Assembly: GCA_964035545.1 (NCBI GenBank)
Contig: OZ037769.1
Coordinates: 9,260,129 to 9,324,128 of the forward strand
Direction of reading: 5' to 3'
Length of the DNA: 64,000 bases
Source: Bugula neritina
Taxonomy: Eukaryota > Animalia > Bryozoa
The notes below the pieces were generated by a model. The model saw only the letters and a list, made by a program, of their open reading frames with translations. It was not told the DNA's origin and did not search any database. This document shows, in pieces, positions 37,266 through 51,600 of this stretch. Every line of letters begins with the position of its first letter. The first letter of the stretch is position 1. A program made the position numbers and the translations under genes.

Positions 37266-39266
37266 ATGACAACCCAACATGGATTCACCTATTACGACTA
37301 CAGAGTCAACAAAGCTCCACCTCAAGATTACAACCAGAACTCTACCAGCATTGAAGAACTCAGCAGTAAGTTTATCCCAGCATCTCAACTGAACTCATCC
37401 CAAAATATTAAATATAAATTGACTCCTTTATTTTTTCATTCAAGTTTTCAATCATATTAACTGGACACTATAGCTGCTTTAACTAATGGGAAAGCAACTT
37501 TGTTTACAACTGCTATTCAGTAAGTCCAATGTATATATTAATATTATAATTACTGATACAACTCACAAGATCTTGAGAGTGTCTAAACGTTGCGTGAAAA
37601 GGCATTTTTGTGATTATATTCAATTTTAATATCAACAAGTCAGACTAAAGGGCAGTAAGAAAGCTACAACTGCCTTGATCATACATATACAATCATACAA
37701 TGCCATGCATATATTAAATTTAATCTCAGGCCATTTTTACAGTTAATTTAATGACCTTTTTTGGTACAAATTTTGAGGTAGGTGTAGTATATACCAAGAA
37801 ACTGAAAAAAGCCTGTGTTCTAGATTTTAAATGTAGCAAAAGAAGTTATGTTCTCGCAAGAATTTCAACTTCCACCTCAAAGCAAAATTAAGAAAATTAA
37901 AAAGCTTAGGCAATCTCCACTTCTCCACTACTGCACCTAAATGGGAACCTCTCTAATTAGTGTTTTATAAAAATAATGTGTTGAATTTGTAGATAGAATT
38001 CCAGTTTCTCTGGCACTTGGTGGGAGGATTAAAACAACACGGCCACCTCCAGTTGCTCCTAAACCAATTATAAAAAATGTGCCTGTGAAAGCAGTGGACA
38101 TAACAGATGAGATTATGACTTTGAGTCCTCCAGAGGAGTTTAGAGATCCACCCTTACCATCACCACCCTCTAGTATTCCTGTACCTTCAGAGTTTGCTGC
38201 ATATCCAACATACCAAGAGCCAGCGAGGGTTGACATCCCACCGCCTTTGTTTAAAACAACTTCAAAGCAGCGCCAAGGTAGCGTTTCAAAGACAAGTTCT
38301 GTAGATTCCAGTAACAGTAACGCATCCAGCATAGCTTCCTCATGTGATTCTCTGCCCTCGTCACCCAGTATGCAGAGACCAAAGGCTAGAGTGAGGAAAC
38401 ATAGAGCTTCTATAAACAAAGAAATTTTGAAACGATTTATAGAGCAGCATGCTAAGAATGGCCTCACCCCAGCTCTGCCCATCACAGATGATACAACTTC
38501 AAAGCCTTACAAGGAAGATTGGATTAAGAAGAAGCAGTACTTGAGCTTTCAAAAACAGCACATGTGCAGAGATGCAAAGTTTGATTCGGAGTGTAACATT
38601 CTTTTAACAACAAAATTTTCTGTGCAGTTGTACGACAACAATGGCTTGTTTCAAGAGAAGCTATACCTCAACAGACTAAGTGAGCCGTGGGGTCTTTATG
38701 TAAATCACCAGTCTGGGCACGTTTTGGTCACTGACTACGAAGAAGGCTGTGTGAAAGAATTTAATAAAATTGGAATAGTTGTACAAGAATATGGCCCTAT
38801 TCCAACACCGTGTGGTGTTACTGCTACTTCGTCAGGCTATGTATTCTCATGCAGTGAAAGTGAAGGGTGTGTTTATGTATTTGACAAACGAGGAGAACTT
38901 GTTACAAAGCTAGGTAAAGGGGTTTTGGTAGCTCCCACACATATCGTGTTGCATGGAAAGTCTATTTTGGTATCAGATGACTCGAGCATTGTGGCCTTCA
39001 ACATCAGTAATGAAATAGAGTTCATCTACGGCCAAAGAGATGGATCTGACCACCCAGCCTGTCTCTGTATCGATACAAGAACAGGGTATGTTTTCTCAAC
39101 AAGCTACTATAAAGACCGAATAGTTGCTCTGAATAAACACATGCAGAGGGCTATTAAAATCAAGGATATCAAACGACCTCTTGTTTGTACCATCAGTCCC
39201 TTTGGACATTTATTGATAGGAGAGCACAACGTCAAAGGCATGCTCTTCCGAATGTTTCGAATGTAA
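37266..39266 (+). CDS. Proline/serine-rich NHL-repeat beta-propeller protein, 2 exons, 457 aa (no RING/B-box)
   Basis: Exons 37266-37365 (donor A|GTAAG) and 37993-39266 join in phase. C-terminal NHL repeats: LSEPWGLYVNHQSGHVLVTD, PTPCGVTATSSGYVFSC...VYVFDKRG, DHPACLCID, RPLVCTISPFGHLLIGE. Confidence 0.82.
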
Positions 39267-39663
39267 TATTATTTGACTATTTTTACAATCATATAAACTG
39301 TTGTTATTTTATGAATACTCTGAATAAAATAAATATCCCCAAAACTGTAGACAAATCTTGCATTATGTCAGGGTAATAAAAATTATAATGTAAATAGTGA
39401 AATTACTTTATTGCGCAAATGCTAGGGAGAGGTTTTCACCATGTATCATAGCAAAGTATAAATGAGAATGAGAGAAAATGAATGAATTTTTGCAGTATTG
39501 ATGAAAATAATCTTTATGTTTAAACAAAATAATAGCATTGCATGTTTATAAATATACAAATATCCAACAACCATTCCAGATTACCTTGGCGATGAGCAAT
39601 TACCAAACATATATAAATTCAAAACAAAACAATATTAAATGAAACCAGTGTGCAAGATGAGAA

Positions 39664-42600
39664 TCACATATCCCTCTGAAAGGAGTATTGTTCAACAGGC
39701 ATCAGTCTATAGTGAGCTATGCTGTCAAGAAGCCATGAAGGTGTGACTAGACTCACACCAGATAACTTGAAAGTGATCTTCTGATCTGCTGATATAACGA
39801 TACAAGCCGACTTGCTGAGCACTGAGCTCTCTTCTGCATGGTAGGCAGCTGTATGACTCGCAACTCTGGGGAGACGATTCAACTTCTACAGCAAAGTAGT
39901 GATGTAATTAACACGAGATACAAATCTCAGTTTGCTACCATGAATTGTGGAAAACTGCTTAGTTAAACTCAACTTTCAAGAGTAACAGTCATTTCTTAAT
40001 ATCTTTGCTTATTATGGGGTTTGGCGGTGAGTTTAACTGGTGATGGATAAAAGTACATTCAACAGTTAGACAGTCTATTTCTCTTACTATAGGCAATGAA
40101 CCAGTGCTGTTAACTAATCAAGTCCCATGGCTGAGTTTGCGCGTTACTATTTAGAGTTTAGACTGTTGAAGCAATAGGTTTGCTTGAGAGTCACAGAAAA
40201 GAAATAAACAGCAGATTTGTCAAAAAAAGTTCCTTTCAACTTCACACAAATTATATTAATATATTGATTCTTATATAAATAATTCAACAGAAAGTAGTAA
40301 GTTTATTTGATAATTACACACCCTGGGCTGTGAATAGTAAATATGTATAAATGTGAATGCATACAGCACCAGTTCACATATGCTAAATATTATACTAAGT
40401 GCATCAGCTCCTTTGTTGATTTTCTCATTTTTACCCAACAGGGAGCTCAGATGAAAAGATTATATACTTTGATTAGCATATTTGAACTTTCCATTCCCAT
40501 TTCAAGGAATATGGCACATCCTTTATAAGTACAATTAGTCTTGTCATTTCACTTACTTTGAAATTTAAATATAAGCTAGTAGATTTAGATGCTAGATGAA
40601 CTGCATACAGTAGCTGTTCCTATTATATTTATTTATAATGGAATGTAAAAGACAGAGCCGCTGAAAAGATGCGTGTAGATTAAACCAAATTACTCATTTT
40701 CTTTTTGCATTTTAAGGACATGGAAAGTAAACAGCATATATGAGGGCAGTTACACTGAAATAATGTTCTAAATTGGCCAATGCATAGTTGAATATGTAAT
40801 GAGATCAAAACAAAGTCACATTTACAACACATTCTCTACATCCTTCCACAGTAATCACTTCTGTCAAGGACATTCCATCATAAATAGCTTTTTCACTATA
40901 ACAAGTCTATCAGCTCCAGACATGGTGAAGACTGTAGATGTTTCTAAATAGGTCTCTGTGGTGGGAGATAACATTAAGTAGAAGTGACAGGGAAGGGGGG
41001 AGATAAGACTAATAACTAATACCTTAGCACCTCCTGCTTCTATCAGCTGTATGATATGCTCTCTTGAGGGAGAGGAAGCGGTGAAGTCGCCTACCAGATA
41101 GAATTCACAGCCGGCAAATAGACGTGGAATCTAACAAACCAAGAAAACTAACAGCAAAAAGTACAAATCAACTCATTTTGAAAAAAAGACAAATTCTCAT
41201 CAATACGAAAAAATTCTTCAATAGAATCATATTCCAAGTTTCAATGGACAGGATAGAATAGTATTTGTTATTATGCCAGTTGACATAGTGAAATGGGAAC
41301 CTAACGATAACACATCTACATTGGCATTTAAGCAACCTACAGATATTTATTTGTCTTCTCAAAATAAAAGCTAACTAGAGCAAGTAACTTACACCTTTGA
41401 GTTTATGCTGCCTAGAAATGATGGAGGCGGAAGACTTTGGAGCTATGGTACTGCCTACTACTTCAAATATCTCCTCAGGTAGGTGCTTGCTCTGTTCCAG
41501 GCAAAACGACGCCCCTGCAATCATTTAGCAGCATTCTTAGTGTAACACAGTAGGAAATTTAGATAATAAAAATGGTGACAACTAGAACAGTGAGATGTAT
41601 GCTACTGTCACAGCACCAGGGATTATATTATGAGAGGTTGAAGTTCTTACATTCTATGTTGACGACCCACTTGGCTTCCAAAACAGCCAACATATATTTG
41701 AGAGTTCTGGGGCAGCAGGAATTGGCATCCATAGAAGTGAGGACATGGGTGACTGCAAAACAAATACTATGAAGTAATAGAACGTTTTAGACAATAACAT
41801 GTGGATAGAAGTGAGGGAAAGACCTAGTGTGTGCAGTATTCAAGTTGTCAGTGCCCGTTGAATAGAATAATCTATCACATTCCTAGAGATTAGGAGCTGA
41901 ATTATAGCAGGATTCAAGAATGAAGAAAATAAGTTGATTAGATACAGCCACATGGTAATTACATATTCTACAGCTCCATCTTCTTCTGTCACACCCATCT
42001 ACGTCTCCTAACAGAAAATAAGTCTACTAATTAATGAAGTTGCGACTATTGATAAGCAATGGTTTATTTATAACACAAACCTTACATAGAAAAGTAACTA
42101 CTAAATGTCTGGAATGGCCTATGGTAATATGCATAGGTGAGGGGGGTTGATTAATACAGACCTTTGAAACAGAGTCTACAGGCCCTCAGGCCAAGTGGAG
42201 CAACAGAGAGTATATAGGAGAGAGTATATATAACAGAGAGAGATATAACAGAGAGTATATAACAGAGAGTATATATAACAGAGAGTATATATAACAGAGA
42301 GTATATAGGAGAGAGTATATAACAGAGAGAGATATAACAGAGAGTATGTAACAGATATTATGTAACAGAGAGAGATATAACAGAGAGTATATAACAGAGA
42401 GAGATATAACAGTGAGTATATAACAGAGAGTATATAACAGAGAGAGTATATAACAGAGAGTATATAACAGAGAGAGTATATAACAGAGAGTATATAACAG
42501 AGAGTATGTAACAGAGAGATATAACATAGAGATATAACAGAGAGTATATAACAGAGAGTATATAATAGAGAGTATATAACAGAGAGGTATAACAGAAAGT

Positions 42601-45600
42601 ATATAACAGAGAGGTATAACAGAGAGTATATAACAGAGAGAGATATAACAGAGAGTATATAACAGAGAGTATATAACAGAGAGAGATATAACAGAGAATA
42701 TATAACAGAGAGGTATAACAGAATGGAGTGAGATGGATCACTGCATCACAAAAACACATTATTTATATAAAGCTGTCATACATCTGGCAACAAAGCATCT
42801 ACCTTTCATAATGTATGGAATGCAATCAAGTATGAAATTTAAAGTTTGCTTATCACAGCTTTGACAGTTTCCAGTGAAAAAATTTTTTGACGAAAATAAA
42901 ATTATTACTAAAATAATGGGGATAGAGTAGGCATTTGACTACTAGAAGTTCCCATGGCGCTGTATTGCTAGACTGAAGTACCTATTAAATGCATTGTTTG
43001 ATGTTTGAGAGTGTACTGGCCACCACTCTAATCAAATACCAGGTGGTGCATGCACACTGATTATCATTTTTACAACTTCAAATGCACCCAAATTCATGGC
43101 CTGGGATATAAAAAATTAGAATCTCTCATTAAGATGACGCAGCAGCAGCAGGAGTGTGGGAAGAGAGACAATACCTTGCGGAGTGTAGCCCTGCACCATC
43201 TCAGCATCCATTATCTTAGCACAGTTGTCTACCATTCTCTTCTGCTCCTTGGAGAGCGAGGTACAGGTAAACACTAGTTTCGTGCCAATCTATAAAAGTT
43301 GACATGACAGAATGAGGTAATTTATGCATAGCTCTGCCTGTGCAGAATATATTAGAATATCCAAGCGTGTCATAATAAATTGTAGCAACTTTCCATAGAG
43401 CAGTTGAGGAGGTCTAATGTATTCTATACTCCACAGATCAAACAAATTCTTCATGTGCAGATGACTATGTGGACTTAGAAGTGTGAATAAACTAAATAGC
43501 TGGCATTCAAAGAATTTGACAGAGCAAAATAAATATTTACTAACTCTAATAAAGAGTGACTAAATCCCCTGTTAATATAAGTTGTATATAATAATAATAA
43601 GTTATATAGTTATATCATATCCATGGTTACACAAAGTCTACTAGTAGTAGTATCCACATTCACCTTACCACTTAGATCTACTCTCATAACCGCTGGACAT
43701 ACTACTAGCTGGACACCCTACCAGCCACAGAGAAGATTTGCCAGATTGAAACCATTTTAAGACAGTAGAATTATTACCACTTCCTCAATTACTTGATGAG
43801 GTAACACTATTAATTTATATTCTGTCCCATAAAGTAGCACAGAATAATGATTACACATATGTTATGCATCTGGTTAGAGCTGTAATCAACCAACCCATCA
43901 GACGGCTTACTTCCATATCTTAATTAAATACTAGGTGGGTGTAATAACACCAGAAGCCACTATATTGCTGTAGCCCTGTCCCCAGTTAGGCCATAATTCC
44001 CTTGAAGCCGGGCTGTAATTGGCCAGTGCAAGTAATTGTGAATTCAATTCCCTGAATTGTGAAGTAGTATCTTTCTTCCAGCAGGCCAATAAAAATAGCT
44101 TATGACAAAATATTGATATTAAAAAGCAATCTATTTCTAGAGGGTTGAGTGCTCAGTTAAATGTAATTATCTTACAGTAAAGTAGAGTGGAGGTAGAACT
44201 ATGCACAGTTCTTACTACTGAAACTAATCTAGAGAAAAGTCTGCACATCAGGTGTGAATAGAGTAGGAGCAGATTTCATACACTGAGGGTAGGAGGAGTT
44301 ATAGAGTAGTGCACAGGTGTGCTGTACCATAGTAGGTGAACACACCTGTGTGTTTCTGGTAGGCCTGCCAAACTGCTTGATCACAGGACCTTTCTTCACC
44401 ACCTCTTCCACTGCAACTTTTCCGTCATTTTCTTTCCCCACCTTTACAGTGTCATTGTTCCCTTTTTTCTGCTTCTAAATTAAACATATCAACAAACTTG
44501 GGAGAATGTGACCATTTAGTTTAGATCCTAAGAGAAGACAAATACATTACAAATTAAAAAAGGCAAGAAAACTAAACTTGTTTAAATCATTCAAGTGTAC
44601 TAAAACTGGCAACAGCATGAGAAACTTGGCAACATGACTGAATGCATAATTAAATTAAAATTAAATTAGTTGTTTTAAGATTAGACAATGAGTGACAGAA
44701 TAAAACTATTACTTTATTTTGGATTATCCAAATAACCTTACAGGTTCCCACAAACCCAAACAGCACTTAGGATTATTGCAGACTGGCTATCATTTAGCTT
44801 CTGGCAGCAACAACACTTCAAATAGTATTGAATTCTATAAATAAAAAACTCTGCACAGCTTTGCCAAGCCATCATAGATGAATTTTTTTTAAACATTTAA
44901 TTTTTATTGTGGTGACAAATTTGATTTATGCATCCAGTATAACTATAAAGAATTGCATTGCAATAGCATTTGCCTGCCAGTTTTAATCTTCAGTAACACA
45001 TCAACACTGTTGTCTTTTATGCATCATTGAACAGTTGGTTGTCTAGTGAATTTGAAACTTACTTTATATTGAATAACCCATAATCATAGTTTTACAACAA
45101 TATCCACATGGAAATATTTCAATGATTTAAAACTAGTATTGGAAAAAAAGCCAAATTTTAATAATTTTACAAGCTGGAGACTTGATCACAGGGTAAAGAC
45201 AGACCATAACTTAAGACATTGCACAGTCTACTTTTGTTGAGTTACCAAGAAGGAATCAACTGCTTAAACTGTCTGTTTAAGGCTTTAAGCTATTGATTAA
45301 CAAAGTAAAACAACTTGTACAATAAATTGCTTCTAGAAATTGGTCAATTGTGTAGAAGAAACCTTGAAGAGTACTATGACAAGGTGTGAAATATTGGTGC
45401 CAGCATTGCACTGGTAATTACACACACAACTGAACTGTGTCAAGTGGAAATGGCATAATTGAATAATCTAAAATCAATTAAATTATTCACCTGAATACAT
45501 TATAGTGAGCTAAAGCAAGCTGAATCCAAAATCATTGTTCTTCAGTTTTTGAAGACCTCCAACTATATTATGTATTTATAGACAAAACTTTGTATGGAGA

Positions 45601-48600
45601 AATAAGCAAGTAGGCATAAGATGGTTAGCAAACCACCACCAGAACTTCTCCAGTACCTGACTCAACTTCGCATTTATATTCTGTTTTTGAGTTCTTGCTT
45701 TCTTTGGTGCATCAGAACTGAGGGACGACTCTGAACCACTGGATATCACGAGTTTAGATCGACTTCTTCTAGTCCGTAGGACCGGTGAGAGAGTAGCTTG
45801 GAGACCTTGAAATGCATAAAAATACTTTTTGTACTAGTGATGATAGCAGTAGTAGATTAGTAGCTGTGGTAGTAGTAATGATAGCACTAGTAGTAGTAAT
45901 AGTAGTAATAGTAGTAGTAGTAGTAGAAGTAGTAGAAGTAGTAGTAATAGTAGTAGTAGTAATAGTAGTAGTAGAAGTAGTAGTAGTAGAAGTAGTAGTA
46001 ATAATAGTAGTAAAAGTATTAGTAGTTGTTGTTGTGGTTCTAAGAAGAGTTCTTGCACTAGTCAGCCCTGTGTAGTCAACAAACAAACACACCTCAACAT
46101 ATCTTAGTGATGACATGAATGACTTCTATAACATGATGCAGCCTAGTGTACCTGGATTACTGTTGCTTAAACAACCCAGTTGCTTGAATACAAGGTCTGC
46201 CAAGATATATACATTACATTATATTTCACAATCCTTTGTCTCTTGAAGTGACAAATCTATTTTAAACAAGGATCTCTTGTCACATTAGCATATGCTTCCA
46301 AGTTGGTTGGAAGAAATAAACTAGAGGAGCTGGTCTGAATGAAGCAATAAATGTAGGAATAATGCCCAACAGGATACTTACGATAATAATTTATTATACA
46401 AGGCAAGTGACTTTTTAACCTGAGCTAATTATTGCCCTTTATCAGCAGGAGACTACTGCACATAGCAACAAGACTAACCATTAGTAGACGCCTAAGGAGA
46501 AATTAAACCTTATCTAATTAGATGCGGCTCAGCCTGCAGGCTACTGGACAGTTGATTAGTATATTTAGATACATAAATTATTCTTAAGAAGTTGCAGAAC
46601 AAACAGCAACCGCTGAAATACTAACAGCTAATGTCCTTTGAAGAGTCCAGGTTGGTGGACATTATGGCACCTTTCTGTGTGTCTTTCTGTGTGTCTGTCT
46701 GTGTGTCTGTCTGTGTGTCTGTCTGTGAGTCTGAGTCGTTAATAATAGCTTTGAGAGAGCGTCGAAGTGGGCGTACCAAGGGCGATGGACTAGCAGTAGT
46801 CAAAGCATCAACAGCTAGCTTAGCTGTTCATAAAAGACAGAATGAAGTCATGTAACTTTAAAACAAACTGACACAGAAGCATTGCACTCAGAGCAATGAT
46901 CATATCTCTCTGTAAGGTTATTTCTTTATAAGATATAGTAAAATGCTCATCACTTGTCCACAATAAAAGCCTTAATAAATGCGTACAATTTTTACTTCCA
47001 AACAAATTGAAACATACATAGGTATTGCGTAGACAGTGTAAATCAGCTGTAAAACAACCTGGTGGCAAGGTATGGGTTGATGTGTCCAGGAAAGATCGAA
47101 TGTCTGATTGCACAGGTTTGTAGGTAACTTGAATACTGGAAGGGGACGTGTCGTCAGGCCCGATTTCAGTTTTGATGTCACAGGCAGGTAGAATCTTGTC
47201 TTTCTCTACATTCCCAGCTCCGTCTTGTTTCTTTGTTAAGACAGGTTTAATGGTTGACTTTTCCCTTAGCTGTATACTTCCATCAGAAACATGACTTTTG
47301 GAGGGAAGAGTTTCAGTTCTCTTGCTGACAAACTCTCCTGATTCACCATTTTGTTTAAGCTTTGCCCTTGCAGACAAAGTGCTCTCCGATACAATGTTAT
47401 TATCACTATAACCTTCAAATGTACAGTGCTTTTTCTGAGGCGCATCTTCAATTGTCAATGAGACATTCTGAACAATATCATTGAAGTGGTGTTCCATTGC
47501 TGTCGCCTGACTAATAACTGGCACAGCTAATGCTGACTCACCATCACAAACTTCTGAATAGGCAACAGATGGCCCACTTATGCCCCAGTCTTCGTTTAGT
47601 TGCTTGATTAATGCTTTCTTTTGAGCCAACATTGCCTTACTATTTTTTCGAGGCTTTTTGGATTTGTTACTTTTATTGAGTTTTGATTGCTTGCTTTTGG
47701 TGGTTTTTACCGGACTTGGTTGTGACGGAATAAAATCATAGACACTGGAGTCTACCTCTTTCGGTTGATCCATACCCATCAGGTTAGCTGCAGCAATTAA
47801 CACAGTTCTGGATTAAACAGCAAAAACGGAACGAAATTTTATGAAGCATATTAATCAAAATATAATTTAATATGAACAGGTACAAATCAATTTGAAGTCC
47901 ATTGTTGATATTAAGCTAAATAGCAACTGGGCTACACAGAGTATATGCACACAATTACATTACTAAATTACAGCCTATTTGTAGACCCTAGCAACTCAAT
48001 GACAGGTTCTACTGGATTTTTAAATGCAATAAATTACACATGTATGATGGAGACACTATTAAGGTTCACATTTATTATATTAATAGCAAACTTAAGCAAA
48101 AAATGGTTTATAAATAGGAAGTGATTATGGCTATAATGTGCATTGATTTAGTTAAGAATAAAACCCATGTTCATTGCGACATATCATTTAAAATGCAAGA
48201 GATAAACTGTTAACTAGTATTCAGACTTTACACCTAGTAAAATGTTTCAGCCCTGCTTTTGAAACTGAATCTTATTTAGACAAATTAATTGGCAATTTTT
48301 TGCAACTTAAATAAGCAAATATGATAAACATTAGCGTATCTTATGTTTACTAGAGGAAATGGCAATAAATCTGTTGGCATATAAAGTTACTAAAAATAAA
48401 TTTATAAATATACACAGGAGACTCTGCAGCCAATGAATTATCCACAAAGTACCACACACAAGGTTGGTATTTGCTCAAATTAACAACTAAATGAGTTGGT
48501 GCTCCTAAACATCACCTGATAACTCAAATACCACTCTTATTGTCTCCAGAAGCAAAAGTTTGCTAACTGCAATCATCTTGCAGTCTAATGAGTCAATGCA

Positions 48601-51600
48601 CTTACCTGGGCCTGACTCGCCACTGTTTATAGTTTGAGTGCTAGTGGCATCCACTGCAGAACAGATAGTGGAAGGTTCTTTGTACCTCTTTCCACTGTAT
48701 GATCGGTTAAATAAGTTAAAGACAGCTTCTGCCTTTGTAGGGTTGCCCTTCCCTTCGACGCTCTACAAGTGGTATAAAGAGCACAACTCCAAAAGTATAT
48801 ATTCTATCAATTCCATGTTTCACAGGTGACTCTAGTCACAAGAGACGGTGATTGCAATGATGAGAGTTTAATAACAAAATCTGTCTGTATGAGAAAAAGA
48901 ATAAAGAATTAGTGAGTTGAAGTTGCACCAAGCAGAAATATTTGAAAGTTGTTCTTTTTCAACAGTAAGCAGACTAATTTTCTACTTCAGTCATTTCTTT
49001 TATAATAATCATGTTACCTGCGTCTGTTTGTCACCAGGCTTCCTGTCGCCAGGCTTCCTGTCGCGAGCTACGGTGTACCGGGCGAGCCAGATAGGCTCTT
49101 TTTTCACTAACTTTTTATTCTTGGGAGGTTTAAAGCTATCATCTAGGGGAGAGTCATCCTGTAATATAACAGGAGAGCTCACTTTACTGTTTGGTTTGGG
49201 TGTAACACAGACACTGTACACCACCACTTAGAGTCATAGGTAAGAGTATAGTGCATAGCATAGTCAATGTACACGTTTAAACAATACTTCAACAAATGTA
49301 TGTAAAAACAGGATTTTATCAGCGGTATTTGTCATATAAACTCTAAAAAATTAGCAAATACAAATGAAATTTTTCCAAATTTAAAAACATCAAGAACAGT
49401 CAATTATTAAAAGTTGTTTAAAAACTTTTTTTGCAGATAATGATTTTATCATAGATCAAAGCATGTACTTTTTATAAACTAAGTTATGTTGTTTTGGCTG
49501 AAAATACTGAAGAAAGCACGTCAATTTAACAAATTTTCAATTAATATCCCACCTTTGCAATTGATTTTGATTGAGACCGCTTAGTGCCTGTTGCAGATTT
49601 AGATGATTTTCTTGTTTTGGTTTCAACAGTTGGAAGCTTAGCCGAGTCTCTCTGCAGATCAGTAAATACTGCTTTAGAAGGAGACTGCCTTTCACTTTCT
49701 GATATGGTTGTGGGTTTTAATTCAACACTGTCAAATTTTCTCTTTTTCACAGGAGGTGTAGCGGCAGTTTCAGCTCCTTCTAGTTGAGCACTCGTCTGCT
49801 TGTGCCCACATGACTCATCTGCTGCCACTGTAGGTTGTCCTCTCTTGGTGGAACCCTTTGCTTTTATTTGGTTAGCCTTTTCCTGCTTTCTGGTCTTTAA
49901 CAAGGGCAGTGGAGAACTGCGTGGCTCTCCACATTTTCCAGCAGCCGAGTCATTAACCTGCATTGACACATCCTTCTGTTCACTATCAACTGGCATCTCC
50001 ACAGGACCAAACAACTCATTTTCTGATAGATTGCTTAGTTTCCCCGAGTTTGACTCTGCATGCTTCAAGTCACAACTCAGCACCTCATCAACTAATGAGG
50101 TATTATACTGAGTAGTTTCTGGAGATATACGAGTGACAGTTGTTGGTGACTGGCCAATAGGCTGCAAAGCAGTGGCCGTGTCTTCCAGAAATTCTAACAA
50201 AGACTTGACATTCTCTGAGGAATTAAGCTGACTTATGGGTAAAGCTACATCTTCTATTACCAATCTCTCGTGACGATAATAGTTATACTTTCGCTTATTT
50301 TTTTTAGCAACTTGATCGCAATTGGTTGATGGAGATGTTAGTGAATCATCAGCCTTAGATACTGAGGGTGTTGAAAATGAAGAGCTAGCGGTTCTCTGCT
50401 TCCTAGAAAGACGTGCACTTCTACGACTACCACTTTGATTTCCCCCAACTGGTTCAGCAACATCAAATTTGTCATGTGAACCCGCATTTTCTTTTAAGTT
50501 AAAAAGTTGTGACTTTAGTGATTCACAATCCTCCTGTATCACTCGAGAATTGGTAACTTCTTCAGATGAAGATCTATTTTTTTGGCCTTCAGTTATTAAC
50601 TTTTGAATTTCATGTGTGTGTTGCTCCAAATTATCTTTGTCATTGGGTGTTGAAGCAGAGCTCAACAAGCTATCTACTAGTGAGCTACTACTCTCACTTT
50701 TTCGTTGCAAATGAAAACTAGATGAGATATTATCCCCACTCTGCACTTTCTCATCACTTGCTAATTGTTGAACCTCACTGAGAATCTTTTGATTAATTGT
50801 CTTGCCAGGCATTTCACACTGAATTGGTAGGTCTAGCAAAGCAGAAGGAGAAACTGCTGGAACCTGACAACTCCCTGTTCTCTGATTTTCCTCATTCAGA
50901 GAGAGATCTATGCAAGGCTCAACAGGTGATGCACTCTCTTTTCTCTTAACAATCCCAGCCACTTCGTCTTCGTCACTGGTTGTCATGTCTACAGAGTTAT
51001 CTGGACTCCCCAGCCTGCTACCTGGAGGTCTCCTCACACGTTGAAGACTCTTTTCAGAGTGTTTTGCAGAGCTCTCTCTAACAGGAAGTGAGACACACGC
51101 CGCTTTCTTTGTAGAAGCAGATGCAGAAGAACTCATTTTCTGACTGACTACCATCTTCTTTGTTTTAGGACAGGTGAGAGGAGAGGCAGACTGTTTGTTA
51201 TCACTGTGGCAGCTTGTGATTTGTTCACTAGGTCGAGGAGAGACAGCAATGGATGGACTCAGAACTGAGTCACCTTTACCAGCACCAGATTCATCCACAC
51301 TAGCATAGACAATGTCACCAGATTCACTAACAGCAGATATTGATATCTGGCGACTAGCAATCGTTTGTCTAACTGAAAAACATACAAGTAGCTTTAATTA
51401 CCATTATTAAAAGATACTACAACAAAGAAAAGTAGTGAAAGTCTACAGCAATAACATAATATTGTATTGTAATAATGAAGCTCAACATATGCCCTGCAGT
51501 TCAGTTACAAGGAATAGATTGTCATCCTATGAGCTGCTTAAAAATATCTTCATGAAGAAAATAAAATGACTAAAACATGCTCATCACTTAGCCTTTGTTG

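Noticed and set aside
37937-38485. 182-aa antisense ORF over the NHL gene
   Set aside because: Shadow of the Pro/Ser-rich coding strand.
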